DNA from: Elusimicrobiota bacterium
Lineage (GTDB): Bacteria > Elusimicrobiota > Endomicrobiia > Endomicrobiales > JBDRNC01
Direction: 5' to 3'
DNA: 64,000 bases
Assembly: GCA_043811535.1 (NCBI GenBank)
Contig: JBDRNC010000008.1
Location: forward strand, 32,001-96,000
Shown here: positions 63,242 through 64,000 of the stretch, piece by piece
Position numbering within the stretch: position 1 is the stretch's first letter
Layout: every line of letters begins with the position of its first letter
Made by a program: the position numbers and the translations under genes
Notes under the pieces: generated by a model
Told to the model about the DNA's origin: nothing
What the model saw: the letters and a program-made list of their open reading frames with translations, nothing else
Databases searched by the model: none

Positions 63242-63832
63242 ATGAAAAACAGAAAGGGCATTTTATCAGGCGTGTCAGCCGGAATGATGATAGTGATGTC
63301 ATTCGCGCTTATCATCATTGCGTCCTTCCTTTTCTCGGCCGCGTTCCTCAAGGCCACCGAATTTACCGGCTATTTTCAAAAGGTCATATACGCGGGAAAA
63401 ACAGCGCCGGCTCAGCGCGTCGATCTTATCGCAGGCGCAGTCAGTTCAATAGTGTTCACTGTTTCCCTTTGGAAATACTTCCTGCTCTTCGGCCTGATGG
63501 GTGCTGCCTGCTATATTTTCAAGAGAATTGACGACAAGAAAAAGCTTTTCTATATTTTTCACACTTTCAGACTGAGCCGCGTTTACCTTTTCTGGTTCGG
63601 CGTTTGCCTTGTTGCATGCTATTTATTCGCACTGCTGAAACTCAGGGATAAAATAGTTTTCGGCACGGTCTTTCCGGATACGGTCAGCGTTTACTCGTTC
63701 TGGATGCTGTCAATGGGTTATTTCGGCGGATCGCTGATAGCGGCGAGAGTCCTCAAGGAAATGTGGATTTTCTGGTACAGATTGTTCAGCAACGAACCCA
63801 AGCCCGATGAATCAATTGTGTTTGAGGAATAG
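63242..63832 (+). CDS. Hypothetical membrane protein (about 4 TM)
   Basis: ATG start, hydrophobic segments, no family recognised. Confidence 0.6.
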   Translation: MKNRKGILSGVSAGMMIVMSFALIIIASFLFSAAFLKATEFTGYFQKVIYAGKTAPAQRVDLIAGAVSSIVFTVSLWKYFLLFGLMGAACYIFKRIDDKKKLFYIFHTFRLSRVYLFWFGVCLVACYLFALLKLRDKIVFGTVFPDTVSVYSFWMLSMGYFGGSLIAARVLKEMWIFWYRLFSNEPKPDESIVFEE

Positions 63833-63842
63833 AAACTAACAC

Positions 63843-63871
63843 TTGACAAAGGCAAATCAGTTTAGTATAAA
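63843..63871 (+). promoter_or_regulatory. Sigma70-type promoter for a gene starting at the window edge
   Basis: TTGACA-17 bp-TATAAA; AAGGAG RBS and ATG at 63995/63998. Confidence 0.7.
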
Positions 63872-63946
63872 TAAATTGAAGCAATAGCAGACCGCATAAT
63901 TCTCTTGGGGGAGAAAGAAAATGGGGGAGAATAGTTTTTATATCAT

Positions 63947-63980
63947 AACCACTTGCCGGCAATCCGGCTGTGGTTTTTTC
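63947..63980 (+). terminator. Terminator/attenuator-like hairpin within a 5' leader
   Basis: AACCACTTGCCGG CAAT CCGGCTGTGGTT followed by a T tract, just before the RBS. Confidence 0.5.
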
Positions 63981-64000
63981 TATTTAAGGAGAAGATGATG

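Noticed and set aside
1..64000. tRNA, rRNA, transposase, integrase or prophage genes
   Set aside because: No cloverleaf, rRNA-like segment or DDE/HUH/tyrosine/serine recombinase motif was recognised by eye; a tRNAscan/Infernal/HMM run would be needed to exclude them formally

Overview
Gene-dense chromosomal segment of a diderm (LPS-type) bacterium; the style suggests an uncultured lineage such as Elusimicrobiota, but this cannot be verified from the window. (1) About 0.4-26.8 kb: a Wzx/Wzy-type polysaccharide/surface-glycan locus (CBM protein, AMIN-fused Wza-like exporter, Wzc, polymerase/ligase, flippase, GT4/GT2/GT9/GT-C transferases, methyltransferases, WbqC, acyltransferase, ExeA-like ATPase, PIG-L deacetylase, WecA-like transferase, beta-barrel). 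(2) A GxxExxY PD-(D/E)XK nuclease-like gene bracketed by two mutually inverted arrays of a 13-bp repeat (GATTACACMGATT) with ~22-bp period; orphan arrays of the same repeat occur at three other loci. (3) PhoH2, PHP, UbiA-like prenyltransferase, epimerase, membrane methyltransferase, a minus-strand LolA-like/FtsX-ABC/beta-barrel operon, DUF1846. (4) A corrinoid salvage/uptake operon (cobO, cobU, cobT, cobS, btuF, ATP pyrophosphatase, btuC, btuD, btuB, flavin reductase) with two cobalamin riboswitches, one carrying a heptamer-repeat hairpin insertion and one overlapping the btuD stop codon. (5) A lipid A/LPS modification trio, larE, a basic amino-acid decarboxylase, a frameshifted beta-barrel gene, dksA-like, mscS. 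Most larger intergenic gaps hold members of several small repeat/palindrome families (7-bp inverted arrays, GTAG-REP palindromes, TGTCAT..ATGACA elements, CCTCCCC..GGGGAGG elements, CCGCCGCGGCGG micro-palindromes), often nested in each other. No rRNA, tRNA, CRISPR or transposase was recognised. All family calls are by motif recognition; no database search was run.
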